A stretch of 46,542 bases of DNA, taken from the sequence record SRR22947725_558; one strand, 5' to 3'. Positions 1 through 11,501 of this stretch are shown one piece after another (the first letter of the stretch is position 1; each line of letters begins with the position of its first letter). A program made the translations under genes and the position numbers. The notes beneath the pieces were generated by a model. It saw only the letters and a program-made list of their open reading frames with translations. It was not told the origin of the DNA and did no database searches.

Positions 1-747
1 CGGAATTGTCCATGGAGTTGTTGTCCAAATTACGATTTTAGCATTTTTAATTTTATCAGGGGCATTTTTTATGTTGAAAGCCACCCAAATTGTATGACTC
101 GTATGGTCATGATATTCAATTTCTGCTTCTGCCAACGCTGTCTCTTCAACAGAAGACCACATAACTGGCTTAGAGCCCTGATAGAGTGTCCCATTCATAA
201 GAAATTTTTGAAATTCTTCAGCTATAACTTTCTCTGAATGAAAATCCATAGTCAGGTATGGGTTTTCCCAATTTCCTGCGATACCTAATCTCTTAAATTC
301 TGAACGTTGAATATCTATCCATTTATCAGCAAATTTTCTACATTCCTGCCGAAAAGCTATTACATCTACCTTATCTTTATCCAGTCCTTTTTTTCGATAC
401 TCCTCTTCAATCTTCCACTCTATTGGAAGTCCATGGCAATCCCAACCTGGGATATAGCGAGCATCCTTTCCCATCATTTGTTGTGATCGAACTACCATAT
501 CCTTTAATATCTTATTCAAAGCATGCCCTATATGGAGATTACCGTTTGCATAGGGAGGGCCATCATGAAGAGTAAATATCTCTCTCCCCTGCTTTTTTCT
601 TAATTCTTTGTAAATTCCCATTTTTTCCCAACGCTCAAGCCAACCTGGTTCTCTATTAGGTAACCCTGCCCGCATAGGGAAATCTGTTTTTGGTAGGTTT
701 AAGGTCTCTTTGTAATCGGTCTGTGATTCTGTCTTTTCCGAACACAT
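1..747 (-). CDS. ileS: Isoleucine--tRNA ligase, N-terminal part (runs off the window edge)
   Basis: Not in the ORF track. Reverse strand from ATG at 747 reads [30 protein letters not shown]...[20 protein letters not shown]...[11 protein letters not shown] (class I HIGH motif); AAGGA upstream. Confidence 0.97.
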   Translation of the reverse strand, partial: MCSEKTESQTDYKETLNLPKTDFPMRAGLPNREPGWLERWEKMGIYKELRKKQGREIFTLHDGPPYANGNLHIGHALNKILKDMVVRSQQMMGKDARYIPGWDCHGLPIEWKIEEEYRKKGLDKDKVDVIAFRQECRKFADKWIDIQRSEFKRLGIAGNWENPYLTMDFHSEKVIAEEFQKFLMNGTLYQGSKPVMWSSVEETALAEAEIEYHDHTSHTIWVAFNIKNAPDKIKNAKIVIWTTTPWTIP

Positions 748-830
748 CTTATCATCCTTGATTATTGAAAAAAAATCTGCAATCACAAACACTTTTAACA
801 AGTGCTTCGCTTAACCTGACGTCTTGTTGA

Positions 831-878
831 CTAGACTGTCAGGAATGTAATTTTGAAAACTAAAACACTTAAATTCAT
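831..878 (-). CDS. Putative leaderless leader peptide (uORF) of ileS, MNLSVLVFKITFLTV
   Basis: ATG at 878, TAG at 831-833; begins 7 nt after a predicted -10 box; 3' end overlaps the hairpin at 815-843. Confidence 0.45.
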   Translation of the reverse strand: MNLSVLVFKITFLTV

Positions 879-885
879 AGCCGGT

Positions 886-914
886 GATATATGGTAGGTG
901 CCATTACTGGTCAA
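886..914 (-). promoter_or_regulatory. Putative sigma70 promoter of ileS (TTGACC-N17-TATATC)
   Basis: -35 at 909-914, 17-nt spacer, -10 at 886-891 on the minus strand. Confidence 0.55.
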
Positions 915-1030
915 GTAAATTAAAGCCTAAAGCACTATTTCGTTTAAAAGGAATCATTTTATATCTATCTTTTAACCTGTTATAATTTATATTAGGCAGA
1001 CATCGTAAATTAAGGTGAAATGACTCAGAT

Positions 1031-1801
1031 ATGCCAAAATATGCTTTAAAAATTGAGTATACTGGATCACAGTTTTTTGGTTGGCAGTCACAAATCGGTT
1101 TACCGACAATTCAAGGTGAAATTGAAAAGGCTCTGTCATGCTTGGATAAAAGTCATCCAAAACTAGTTGCTGCAGGGCGAACAGATGCTGGTGTCCATGC
1201 ACTAGCCCAAGTAGCACATGTGAACTTATCAAAAAACTGGGACCCATTTCGGTTATCGGAAGCCATTAACTTTAATTTGAAACCTCACCCCATTTCGATT
1301 ATTTGTGCAGCGGAGGTGGAAGCAGATTGGCATGCACGGTTTTCTGCCATTAATCGATATTATATCTTTAAGTTAATAGTCCGTCGGGCACCACTTACTC
1401 ATCATAAAAATTTAGTTTGGCATATAAAACATAAATTAGATTTGGGCTTAATGCAGGAAGGAGCTGCATTTCTGGTGGGAACGCATGACTTCACAACATT
1501 TAGGTCGACACTCTGCCAAGCTAAGTCCCCAATTCGAACGATTGACTCTATTGAAATTAATAAAATTGATATCCCTAATGGGGTAGAGTACCAGTTTTTT
1601 TTTAAAGCTCGTTCTTACTTACATAATCAAATACGGAGCTTTGTAGGTACACTAGAACGAGTTGGGGCAAAAAAATGGACCCCCTTAGAAGTAAGTATAG
1701 CTCTGAATGCAAAATCACGCCCAGCTTGTGGACCAGTGTGTACACCCAACGGGTTGTACTTGAAGGAAGTAATCTATTCGTCAGACCCATTTGGACATTA
1801 A
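1031..1801 (+). CDS. truA: tRNA pseudouridine(38-40) synthase
   Basis: AGRTDAGVHA catalytic motif, GTHDFTTFRS, HNQIRSFVG. Confidence 0.97.
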   Translation: MPKYALKIEYTGSQFFGWQSQIGLPTIQGEIEKALSCLDKSHPKLVAAGRTDAGVHALAQVAHVNLSKNWDPFRLSEAINFNLKPHPISIICAAEVEADWHARFSAINRYYIFKLIVRRAPLTHHKNLVWHIKHKLDLGLMQEGAAFLVGTHDFTTFRSTLCQAKSPIRTIDSIEINKIDIPNGVEYQFFFKARSYLHNQIRSFVGTLERVGAKKWTPLEVSIALNAKSRPACGPVCTPNGLYLKEVIYSSDPFGH

Positions 1802-1817
1802 ATAAATATTTTTCTTC

Positions 1818-1843
1818 ATCAACTTATTATTGCTCAAGTTGAT
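1818..1843. terminator. Weak inverted repeat between convergent truA and sdhB
   Basis: ATCAACTT-N10-AAGTTGAT. Confidence 0.3.
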
Positions 1844-1857
1844 ATAAAGTAATCTGT

Positions 1858-2637
1858 TTACTTATGTCTATCCACCATCAATTGCTTTAATGAGCCGATT
1901 GCCTTTGCTGGGTTTAACCCTTTGGGGCAAGTTTTTGTACAGTTCATTATTGTATGACAGCTATATAGTTTGAAAGAATCTTCTAATTCATCCAATCTTC
2001 TCTCTTTTGCTTCATCTCGAGAGTCTATAACCCACCTATATGCATTTAAAAGAGCTGCTGGGCCCATGTAACGATCACTATTCCACCAGTATGAAGGGCA
2101 CGCTGTTGAGCATGATGCACACATTACGCACTCATATAATCCATCTAATTTATCTCTGTCTTCGATAGACTGTCTCCACTCCTTCTCTGGTCGTTCGGTT
2201 TCAGTTTCTAACCATGGCATAATAGCTGCATGCTGAGCGTAGAAATGAGTCAAGTCTGGGATCAAGTCTTTAACTACTTCCATATGAGGTAATGGATAAA
2301 TTTTTACATCACCACTAATTTCTTCCATACCACAAAGGCAGGCAAGCGTATTTGTTCCATCTATGTTCATTGCGCAAGACCCACATATCCCTTCACGACA
2401 GGATCGCCTAAAAGTCAAAGTTGGATCGATTTCGCTTTTTATTTTTATTAGTGCATCCAGAACCATTGGACCACATGAATCCATATCTACATAATAAGTA
2501 TCCACTGCTGGATTTTTCTCATCATCAGGATTCCAACGATAAACTCTGAATTTTCGAACATTATTAGAATTTTCTGGTTCTGGCCATATTTTACCATTAT
2601 TAATTGTTGAGTTTTTGGGTAACTTAAGTTCTACCAT
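1858..2637 (-). CDS. sdhB: Succinate dehydrogenase iron-sulfur subunit
   Basis: [22 protein letters not shown] and [12 protein letters not shown]e-S motifs. Confidence 0.98.
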   Translation of the reverse strand: MVELKLPKNSTINNGKIWPEPENSNNVRKFRVYRWNPDDEKNPAVDTYYVDMDSCGPMVLDALIKIKSEIDPTLTFRRSCREGICGSCAMNIDGTNTLACLCGMEEISGDVKIYPLPHMEVVKDLIPDLTHFYAQHAAIMPWLETETERPEKEWRQSIEDRDKLDGLYECVMCASCSTACPSYWWNSDRYMGPAALLNAYRWVIDSRDEAKERRLDELEDSFKLYSCHTIMNCTKTCPKGLNPAKAIGSLKQLMVDRHK

Positions 2638-2685
2638 TTCCTGTCCCTACCTATTTTTGGGGATTGCATATATATATTTTTGACC

Positions 2686-4074
2686 TCATCCATGAATTGC
2701 TCCTGCCCCACAAGCTAATGCAGCTTCTCTTACTGCCTCTGAATATGTTGGATGTGCGTGACAGGTCCGAGCTAAATCTTCTGCAGAAGCGCCAAACTCC
2801 ATTGCAACGCATATCTCATGAATTAAATCCCCAGCCATTGGTCCTATAATATGAGCACCTAAAATCTTATCACTATTAGCATCTGTTAGAATCTTTACAA
2901 AACCCTCCGAAGAGAATGTCGCTTTTGCACGACCATTACCCATAAAGTTAAATTTACCAGCCTTATATTCTATACTTTCCTTTTTAAGCTCGTCTTCTGT
3001 CTTACCAACACTCGCAACCTCTGGGTGTGTATAAATTACACTTGGAATTAAATTATAATTAACGTGACCCCTCTGACCCGCAAGCAATTCTGCAACCGCT
3101 ATACCTTCATCCTCTGCCTTATGTGCCAACATTGGCCCGTCTATCACATCCCCAATAGCATAGATCCCATTAATATTTGTCATCCAGTTATCATCAGTTA
3201 CCACTCTTCCAGTAGGTGAGACCTTAATATTCAACTCACTTAGCTGAAGGTGATCTATTACTGGTGTCCTTCCAGTAGCAATGAGTACCATACCGGCTTC
3301 ATCACTATGTTCACTCTTATCAGCATTTTTAATATAATTAACTTTAACTTTGTTTTTAAAAGTTTTTGTACTTGTTACCGCAGCATTCATTTCAAAAGCT
3401 ATACCTTGCTTTGTTAAAATCCGTTTGAAATGTTTTTGTAGACCAGAGTCCATGCCTGAGGTAATTTTATCTGAAAACTCAATAACTTTAACTGAAGAGC
3501 CTAATCTCGAGTAAACAGACCCAAGCTCTAACCCAATCACACCGGCTCCAACGATTATAAGCTTTTCCGGGATACTTTTAGGTGACAACGCACCCGTGGA
3601 AGTAACCACCATATTCTCATCAATGTTCACGTTGGGTATTGATGTTGGCTTAGAACCTGAAGCAATTACTATGTTTTTAGTTTGATAAATTTTTTTATCT
3701 ACCACTACCTCAGTATTTGATTTTATTGCGGCCCACCCCTTAATCATATGAACTTTGTTTTTTTTAAATAAAAACTCAATTCCTTTTGTATTTTGATCTA
3801 TTACGTCCTCTTTATATTCCATCATTTTTTTCAAATTAACATTTGGAGCTCTACCAACAAGTCCCATTTTTTCAAAATTGTGCTTCGCTTCATATAGCTG
3901 ATGGCTTGCATAAAGTAGCGCTTTTGATGGAATACACCCAATATTTAGACACGTCCCTCCAAGCTTTTCATTACCCTCAATGCAGGCAGTTTTTAACCCT
4001 AATTGTGCACATTTTATAGCACACACATATCCTCCTGGCCCGGAACCAATAACTATTACATCAAAGTTAGTCAT
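2686..4074 (-). CDS. lpdA: Dihydrolipoyl dehydrogenase (E3)
   Basis: [20 protein letters not shown] redox disulfide, HAHPTYSE; start set at ATG 4074 ([10 protein letters not shown]). Confidence 0.96.
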   Translation of the reverse strand: MTNFDVIVIGSGPGGYVCAIKCAQLGLKTACIEGNEKLGGTCLNIGCIPSKALLYASHQLYEAKHNFEKMGLVGRAPNVNLKKMMEYKEDVIDQNTKGIEFLFKKNKVHMIKGWAAIKSNTEVVVDKKIYQTKNIVIASGSKPTSIPNVNIDENMVVTSTGALSPKSIPEKLIIVGAGVIGLELGSVYSRLGSSVKVIEFSDKITSGMDSGLQKHFKRILTKQGIAFEMNAAVTSTKTFKNKVKVNYIKNADKSEHSDEAGMVLIATGRTPVIDHLQLSELNIKVSPTGRVVTDDNWMTNINGIYAIGDVIDGPMLAHKAEDEGIAVAELLAGQRGHVNYNLIPSVIYTHPEVASVGKTEDELKKESIEYKAGKFNFMGNGRAKATFSSEGFVKILTDANSDKILGAHIIGPMAGDLIHEICVAMEFGASAEDLARTCHAHPTYSEAVREAALACGAGAIHG

Positions 4075-4196
4075 AGCTGAAACCCACACTGATGGCGCTG
4101 ACTTTTAAATAGAATTATCTTAGAATACATTTCACTCTGCCTTCTCATCAATGCTGAAAAATTTAAAAACTAACTTCATTTTTTATCTAAAAGATC

Positions 4197-5444
4197 TCAC
4201 AAATCAATTAACAAGCGTCTAGGGTCTTCTAAGGCGTCTTTAACTCGAACTAAAAAAGTAACAGCACCTTTTCCATCCACAACTCGATGATCATAGGTGA
4301 GAGCTAAGTACATCATTGGTCGGATTTCTATTTTTCCATCAATAACAACTGGACGATCTTGTATTTTATGCATTCCTAAAATACCTGACTGAGGTGGATT
4401 TAAAATAGGCGAACTCATAAGAGAACCATAAACCCCACCGTTTGATATTGTGAATGAACCCCCTTGCATGTCCTCTATCATCAAAAGGCCTTCTCGGGCC
4501 TTATTAGCTTTTTCTGAGATTTTTTTCTCTAAATCAGCAAAGGATAAAGACTCCGCGTTGTTTATAACTGGAACCACCAATCCAGATGGTGTACCAGTTG
4601 CCACCCCCATATTTACATATTTTTTATAAATTATATAATCGCCATCAATTTCAGAGTTTACCTCAGGAATTTCAAAAAGAGCATGACAGCAAGCCTTAAT
4701 AAAAAATGACATAAAACCTAATTTTACTCCATGCTTGGTTTCAAATGAACTCTTATATTTAGCTCTTAAATTCATGACCTCAGTCATATCTACTTCATTA
4801 TAGGTTGTAAGCATTGCTGAAGTATTCTGGCTTTTCTTTAACCTTTCCGCTATTGTTTTGCGGAGGCGTGTCATTTTAACTCGTTCCTCTAAATTAGAAC
4901 TCTGTCCCTCGACTTGAGTTGTGGATGGCATGTCAGGAAGCGTCGTAGTCGTAGTAAGGTTATTTAAAACTTTCACCACATCTTCTTTCATTATTCTACC
5001 ATCTCGTCCCGTACCTTTCACGTCACTTACCGATAGACTATTTTCTGTCATTAATTTTATTGCTGACGGAGCATTTTCCAAACTAGCATTGGTAAGAGCT
5101 TCAATATCCGGTTTCGCTACTGAAACGTTTTCAATTACAGAAGAATCACCTTCTTCTGGTTGCTTTATTATATCTAGCTCATTTTTTGTTTCTGTATGTT
5201 CACTTAAATTACCTTCCGTGATTTCTGCGAGTAATGCCCCAATAGCTACCGTAGTCCCTTCTCCAGAAATTATTTTTCCTAAGATACCATTTATTGGGGC
5301 AGGAACCTCTACAGTAACTTTATCAGTTTCGAGCTCACACATCATTTCATCAACAGCAATTGGGTCTCCAACCTTCTTAAACCAAGTTGCGACCGTGGCT
5401 TCGGTTACACTCTCTCCAAGCGTCGGTACGCGTACCTGTATCAT
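4197..5444 (-). CDS. sucB: 2-oxoglutarate dehydrogenase E2, dihydrolipoamide succinyltransferase
   Basis: Lipoyl ETDKV motif, E3-binding [21 protein letters not shown]. Confidence 0.97.
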   Translation of the reverse strand: MIQVRVPTLGESVTEATVATWFKKVGDPIAVDEMMCELETDKVTVEVPAPINGILGKIISGEGTTVAIGALLAEITEGNLSEHTETKNELDIIKQPEEGDSSVIENVSVAKPDIEALTNASLENAPSAIKLMTENSLSVSDVKGTGRDGRIMKEDVVKVLNNLTTTTTLPDMPSTTQVEGQSSNLEERVKMTRLRKTIAERLKKSQNTSAMLTTYNEVDMTEVMNLRAKYKSSFETKHGVKLGFMSFFIKACCHALFEIPEVNSEIDGDYIIYKKYVNMGVATGTPSGLVVPVINNAESLSFADLEKKISEKANKAREGLLMIEDMQGGSFTISNGGVYGSLMSSPILNPPQSGILGMHKIQDRPVVIDGKIEIRPMMYLALTYDHRVVDGKGAVTFLVRVKDALEDPRRLLIDL

Positions 5445-8389
5445 TTCTTGCCTCCTAGTGTTAATGCTTCCTCAATCAGGGCATTCTGCTGTATAATATG
5501 TTGAGACGCCAAACCGGTGGCTGGCGATGCAGAAGCTGGCCTTCCAACATATAATGCCCGCTTCACTTTTGCCTTGATTTTAGTTAGAACCCATTCAATG
5601 TTAGGTTCCATGAAAGTCCATGCACCCTGATTTTTTGGCTCTTCTTGGCACCAGATTATTTCGGCATTTTTGAACCTTTTTAACTCATTAATAGCAGCAC
5701 TTGATGGAAACGGATAAAATTGTTCAAAACGAAGAATATAGATATCATCAATATCTCTTTTATCTCTAGCCTGCTGTAAATCATAATAAACTTTTCCAGA
5801 GCATAGGATCACACGCTTAACCATTGAATCTTTCTTTAACTTTAGCGCTGAACCATCCCTCTCAGCGTCATCATGCAAAATGCGGTGGAAGCTGGACCCG
5901 TTTAAAAATTCAGAAACTTTCGAGGTTGCTAATTTATTTCTTAAAAGAGATTTGGGAGTCATTAAAACCAATGGCTTCCTAAATGAACGATGCATTTGAC
6001 GCCGTAAAATGTGAAAATAATTAGCTGGCGTCGAACAGTTAGCCACTATCCAGTTTTCTCCTCCACACATTTGTAAAAAACGCTCCAATCTTGCAGAAGA
6101 GTGTTCTGGACCCTGCCCCTCAAACCCATGAGGTAGCAACATAACCAATCCAGACATTCTTAACCATTTAGACTCTCCAGAGCTAATAAACTGATCAAAC
6201 ATAATCTGAGCACCGTTAGCAAAGTCTCCAAATTGAGCCTCCCAAAGAACTAAGGAATTTGGTTCAGCTAAGGAATATCCATATTCAAAACCTAGAACTG
6301 CATATTCTGAAAGCATAGAGTCAATTACTTCAAACTTTGCTTGTCCCTCTCTAATATTATTAAGAGGATAATACCGTTGTTCTGTCTTTTGATCCACGAG
6401 AGCAGAGTGCCTTTGACTGAATGTTCCTCTTGCTGAATCCTGCCCAGAAAGTCTAACAGGGTATCCCTCTATTAGGAGTGAACCGAAAGCCAAAGCTTCT
6501 GCAGTGGACCAATCTATATCGACACTGCCCCTAAACATTTTTTGTTTCTCAGAAAGTAATCTCTCTACAGTTCTGTGCGTTTCAAAATTATTAGGAGTTG
6601 CAATCAAAGCCTTACTAATTTCATCAAAGGTTTTTTTTGAAACGAACTTATCACCCCTCTGATACACTTCATTATCTTTTTTCAGATGCGCCCATTTTCC
6701 GGCCAACCAATCCGCCTTACTCGGTTTATAGTTTTTTCCTGCCTCAAACTCATCATTCAACTTTAATTGAAACTCTACCTTGGCTTGCTTCACTTCCTCT
6801 AGAGAAACTAAGCCTTCAGCTACGAGTCTCTCCTCATAAAGTGCTAAAGTCGTTTTTTGTTTTTTTATTCTGTTATACATTAATGGGTTTGTGAACATAG
6901 GTTCGTCACCCTCATTATGGCCAAAGCGCCGGTAGCAAATTATATCTAAGACTACATCCTTATGAAATATTTGTCGAAATTCAGTAGCGACTTTTGCTGC
7001 GTGAACTACTGCCTCAGGATCATCCCCATTAACATGAAATATTGGTGCTTCGACCATTAACGCAATATCTGTCGGATACGGGCTTGATCTACTCAGATGT
7101 GGTGCTGTTGTAAAACCTATTTGATTATTCACAATTATATGGATCGTTCCTCCAGTCTTGTGACCACGTAAACCGGATAATCCAAAACCTTCCGCTACTA
7201 CACCTTGCCCAGCAAAAGCTGCATCACCATGTATAAGAACAGGTAAAACGCGACTGCGCTCATGATCATTTAATTGATCTTGCTTTGCTCTTGCCTTTCC
7301 TAATACGACAGGGTTAACGGCCTCAAGGTGTGAAGGGTTAGCCGACAATGAAAGATGGACCGAGTTACCATCAAATTCACGGTCTGAAGAAGCTCCTAGA
7401 TGGTACTTAACATCCCCAGAACCATCTACATCCTCAGGTTTAGAACTACCACCCTGAAACTCATTGAAAATTGCTTTATAAGGTTTTGCTAATACGTTTG
7501 CTAAGACTGATAGTCTTCCTCGGTGCGGCATGCCAATAATTATATCTTCAACTCCCCTAGCCCCACCACGTTTTATTATTTGTTCCATGGCCGGAATAAG
7601 ACTTTCGCCACCGTCAAGTCCAAACCTCTTAGTCCCCATATACTTCACATGAAGGAATTTCTCAAAGCCTTCTGCTTCAACAAGTTTATTTAGGATCGCT
7701 TTACGACCCCTTCTTGAAAACTGTACCTCTTTGCCTAACCCCTCAATTCTTTCTTTTAACCAACTTGCTTCTTCACGGTTTGATATGTGCATATATTGAA
7801 GCGCAAAAGTTCCACAGTAAGTTCTCTTAACTATGGATAAAATTTCTCGAATTGAAGCTATTTGCAGACCAAGCACATTATCAATAAAAATTGGCCTATC
7901 CATATCAGATTCTTTAAACCCATAACTCTCTGGGTTAAGTTCAGTGTGCTGTGGCTTGTCTTTCATTCCCAAAGGGTCTAAGTCAGCAGCCAAATGACCA
8001 AGAATTCTGTACGCCCTAATTAACATTAAGGCCCTTATGCTATCTAAAACCGCTCTTTTTAATGTGTCCTCTGACACAGAGCTATCAGAGTTAGAAGTTA
8101 ACGCACTTAATTTTTCTGAAACTTTTTGAGCCTGACCATCATTGAAGAAATTATCACTCTTATTACTTTCGTCAGGAGGCCAATCTGTTCTAACCCAGCT
8201 AGGCCCAATATTACAATCTTCAGTCAGACCTGGAGAACTTTCTAAATTATCAAAAAAACTTTTCCAACTAGAATGAACTGCATTGTTGTCTTTTTGATAC
8301 CTCCGGTAAAGGGTTTCGAGATACAAAGTATTACTACCCTGCATCGCTGAGGAGGAGTCTTGATGTTTATTACTTAACTTATCAGACAT
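5441..8389 (-). CDS. sucA: 2-oxoglutarate dehydrogenase E1
   Basis: [21 protein letters not shown] motif, [14 protein letters not shown]; start probably ATG 8389 (TTG 8401 is the alternative). Confidence 0.97.
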   Translation of the reverse strand: MSDKLSNKHQDSSSAMQGSNTLYLETLYRRYQKDNNAVHSSWKSFFDNLESSPGLTEDCNIGPSWVRTDWPPDESNKSDNFFNDGQAQKVSEKLSALTSNSDSSVSEDTLKRAVLDSIRALMLIRAYRILGHLAADLDPLGMKDKPQHTELNPESYGFKESDMDRPIFIDNVLGLQIASIREILSIVKRTYCGTFALQYMHISNREEASWLKERIEGLGKEVQFSRRGRKAILNKLVEAEGFEKFLHVKYMGTKRFGLDGGESLIPAMEQIIKRGGARGVEDIIIGMPHRGRLSVLANVLAKPYKAIFNEFQGGSSKPEDVDGSGDVKYHLGASSDREFDGNSVHLSLSANPSHLEAVNPVVLGKARAKQDQLNDHERSRVLPVLIHGDAAFAGQGVVAEGFGLSGLRGHKTGGTIHIIVNNQIGFTTAPHLSRSSPYPTDIALMVEAPIFHVNGDDPEAVVHAAKVATEFRQIFHKDVVLDIICYRRFGHNEGDEPMFTNPLMYNRIKKQKTTLALYEERLVAEGLVSLEEVKQAKVEFQLKLNDEFEAGKNYKPSKADWLAGKWAHLKKDNEVYQRGDKFVSKKTFDEISKALIATPNNFETHRTVERLLSEKQKMFRGSVDIDWSTAEALAFGSLLIEGYPVRLSGQDSARGTFSQRHSALVDQKTEQRYYPLNNIREGQAKFEVIDSMLSEYAVLGFEYGYSLAEPNSLVLWEAQFGDFANGAQIMFDQFISSGESKWLRMSGLVMLLPHGFEGQGPEHSSARLERFLQMCGGENWIVANCSTPANYFHILRRQMHRSFRKPLVLMTPKSLLRNKLATSKVSEFLNGSSFHRILHDDAERDGSALKLKKDSMVKRVILCSGKVYYDLQQARDKRDIDDIYILRFEQFYPFPSSAAINELKRFKNAEIIWCQEEPKNQGAWTFMEPNIEWVLTKIKAKVKRALYVGRPASASPATGLASQHIIQQNALIEEALTLGGKK

Positions 8390-8540
8390 AAAATTATCCA
8401 ACTAATTTTTATAATCTATTGACTACTTGTAAGTGTATCTTCCCAGACGGTAATAGAGCTTATACTCGAGTTAAGTTTCTGACACGGAAAAATGATAAGA
8501 TAAACAAAAATATAATAAAAATGTTAAAATAAGTGATTAT

Positions 8541-8569
8541 GTGATCACAATAAAAAATTATGTGATCAC
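8541..8569. promoter_or_regulatory. Tandem palindromic operator GTGATCAC-N13-GTGATCAC (AkgR-type box) upstream of sucA
   Basis: TTATGTGATCACAA occurs twice, at 8537-8550 and 8558-8571, with a 21-bp period. Confidence 0.8.
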
Positions 8570-8629
8570 AAATTCAATAAATATTTTTAATTACGTGCTA
8601 TTTAGAGTAAAAAATGCTAAGTTTTTATC

Positions 8630-9655
<1,026 letters not shown>

Positions 9656-9688
9656 CTAAGATCATAAATAATTTGGTTTTGAGCATAT

Positions 9689-10444
9689 ATGGATATTAGT
9701 GCATTTTTTATTTTACTATTAATCCTTGCTGTACTCCTAGCTGGTATTTCAAAAGGAGGCTTCGGTAGCGGAGCATCTTTTATATGCATACCTATTCTTG
9801 CTCTTGTGATTGAACCCACTCAAGCATTAGGGATTATGTTGCCATTACTAATGGTAATGGATGCTGTTTCTTTAAAGCTGTATTGGAAAAAATGGGATCA
9901 TAATAACGCAAAGGTAATCATTCTGGGAGGCTTACTTGGTGTAATTATAGCTATCTTTTTTCATCGAGTAGCAAGCACTAACCTGATACAAATACTTCTT
10001 GGGTTAATCTCAATAGGTTTTGTTTGCTTTGAAGTACTGAAAAACTCCTTCATACTTAGAATAAGTAGAATGACTTTTAATAACAAAATAGGCGTATTTA
10101 TTGGCATCAGTGCCGGCTTCACTAGCTTTATAAGTCACGCAGGTGGACCACCGGTGGCCTTATTTCTTTTATCCCAAAAAATGAGTAAAACACTTTATCA
10201 GTCCACTACAGTAATTTCATTTTGGGCAATAAATATTTTTAAGGTTGTGCCTTATAGCTTTTTAGGTTTTTTTACTTGGGAAACTATAAAAATGGACATA
10301 TTATTAGCACCCATTGCAATTTTTGGCACAATAGCTGGCGCTCATGTTCATAAAATTATACCAGAGTCGTTATTTTTTATTTTTACATATATTTTGTTAT
10401 TTCTAGCGGGAACAAAACTCCTTTATGATGGGATTCTGACATGA
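9689..10444 (+). CDS. TauE/SafE (TSUP) family membrane exporter
   Basis: GISKGGFGSG and SHAGGPP motifs, multiple hydrophobic helices; divergent from mdh. Confidence 0.88.
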   Translation: MDISAFFILLLILAVLLAGISKGGFGSGASFICIPILALVIEPTQALGIMLPLLMVMDAVSLKLYWKKWDHNNAKVIILGGLLGVIIAIFFHRVASTNLIQILLGLISIGFVCFEVLKNSFILRISRMTFNNKIGVFIGISAGFTSFISHAGGPPVALFLLSQKMSKTLYQSTTVISFWAINIFKVVPYSFLGFFTWETIKMDILLAPIAIFGTIAGAHVHKIIPESLFFIFTYILLFLAGTKLLYDGILT

Positions 10445-10589
10445 ATAAATCCCTTCAAATGGATTCAAAAACTGTTCAATTTAATTACTATCATTTATGA
10501 TTTAAAACTAACTAGGTAAAAATTATTAGTTCGACCAGTATAATCTATTAAAACTATTTCACGCATCATCGATAATCTTACTAAAAACT

Positions 10590-10599
10590 TGGGATCACA
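10590..10599. promoter_or_regulatory. One-mismatch copy of the TGTGATCACA palindrome (TGGGATCACA) upstream of sdhC
   Basis: Intergenic, about 120 nt upstream of the sdhC ATG. Confidence 0.5.
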
Positions 10600-10717
10600 G
10601 GAAAAGGAAGTTAACAAATATGTGCCAAAATACCGCAATAATAGATTGTTACCGGGAGTGACACTACCGTTTTTTGTGTTATCTATGTTTTAACTTATCT
10701 TTTCTTTAGGATTTTAA

Positions 10718-11101
10718 ATGAAAGAACCAACGAAGAACAAACGGCCTCTTTCACCCCATTTATCGATTTATAGACCTGAATTCACTTCAGTAACATCAAT
10801 TTTTACTCGTATAACTGGGAATGCACTCTTAATCGCATCGCTACTAATAGTGTGGTGGATTTTCGCTGTTTCAGTAAGCTCAGAACACGTTCAGACTGTA
10901 AATAAGATATTAAATAGCTGGTTTGTCAAAATAATATTGTTTTTATCCCTTTGGGCATTTTGGTACCACTTTTTAGCGGGGCTGAGGCACTTATATTGGG
11001 ATACTGGCCGCGGATTTGATCTTATCCATGCAAAATATCTTGCATATGGCGTGATAGCGGGATCTTTCATTCTAACATTATTGACAGCAATTAGTCTCTG
11101 A
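10718..11101 (+). CDS. sdhC: Succinate dehydrogenase cytochrome b556 subunit
   Basis: RPLSPHLSIYRP, SIFTRITG, HFLAGLRHLYWD. Confidence 0.96.
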   Translation: MKEPTKNKRPLSPHLSIYRPEFTSVTSIFTRITGNALLIASLLIVWWIFAVSVSSEHVQTVNKILNSWFVKIILFLSLWAFWYHFLAGLRHLYWDTGRGFDLIHAKYLAYGVIAGSFILTLLTAISL

Positions 11102-11109
11102 AAGAAAAA

Positions 11110-11481
11110 ATGAATTATTTTAAAATTATAAATCCAAGAGTATTTTTTCAAAAACCTGGTAATGGCACAGACAAACATATTCGAATGATAATCACATCAG
11201 TTATTTTAGCCGTAGTAGCTCCAATTTTTATTTTCACTTTTGGTAAGATATTGGGTTCTAGCTATGAAGACGCAAATATTTTTTTCTTAAAACCTACCAA
11301 CGCCATTGTAGTAATTCTAACTATGTGCGTAGGTTTGCTTCACTTTAGATTTGGTGTACAAACTTTAATTGAAGATTATGTAAGGGGTTCAGCAAAAACG
11401 GTACTCCTAACCATAGCAAGTTTAATTTGCTACAGTGCAATTGCTATAACTTTTATTTCAATAATCCGAATCTACTTCTAA
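11110..11481 (+). CDS. sdhD: Succinate dehydrogenase hydrophobic anchor subunit
   Basis: Three TM segments, heme-ligand His and IEDYV motif; between sdhC and sdhA. Confidence 0.9.
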   Translation: MNYFKIINPRVFFQKPGNGTDKHIRMIITSVILAVVAPIFIFTFGKILGSSYEDANIFFLKPTNAIVVILTMCVGLLHFRFGVQTLIEDYVRGSAKTVLLTIASLICYSAIAITFISIIRIYF

Positions 11482-11501
11482 ACTCCTGGAGACAATCGCA
11501 A

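Noticed and set aside
4921..5496. 191-aa plus-strand ORF
   Set aside because: Antisense shadow of sucB; Ser/Ile/Phe-rich, no RBS or motif
8439..8444. Orphan SD-like GGGAAG on the minus strand, possible relic of the sucC RBS
   Set aside because: Too short to distinguish from chance and no start codon follows
8537..8571. Direct repeat as CRISPR or iteron
   Set aside because: Only two 14-bp units with a 7-bp gap and no cas or rep genes; better explained as a transcription-factor site. Also not a CRP/FNR site, which needs TGTGA-N6-TCACA
11427..11501. N-terminal extension of SdhA in the ORF track
   Set aside because: Overlaps sdhD; ATG 11502 has a GGAG RBS and matches the homologous start. Similar over-extensions were trimmed for lpdA, rpsM, rluC and the HAD gene
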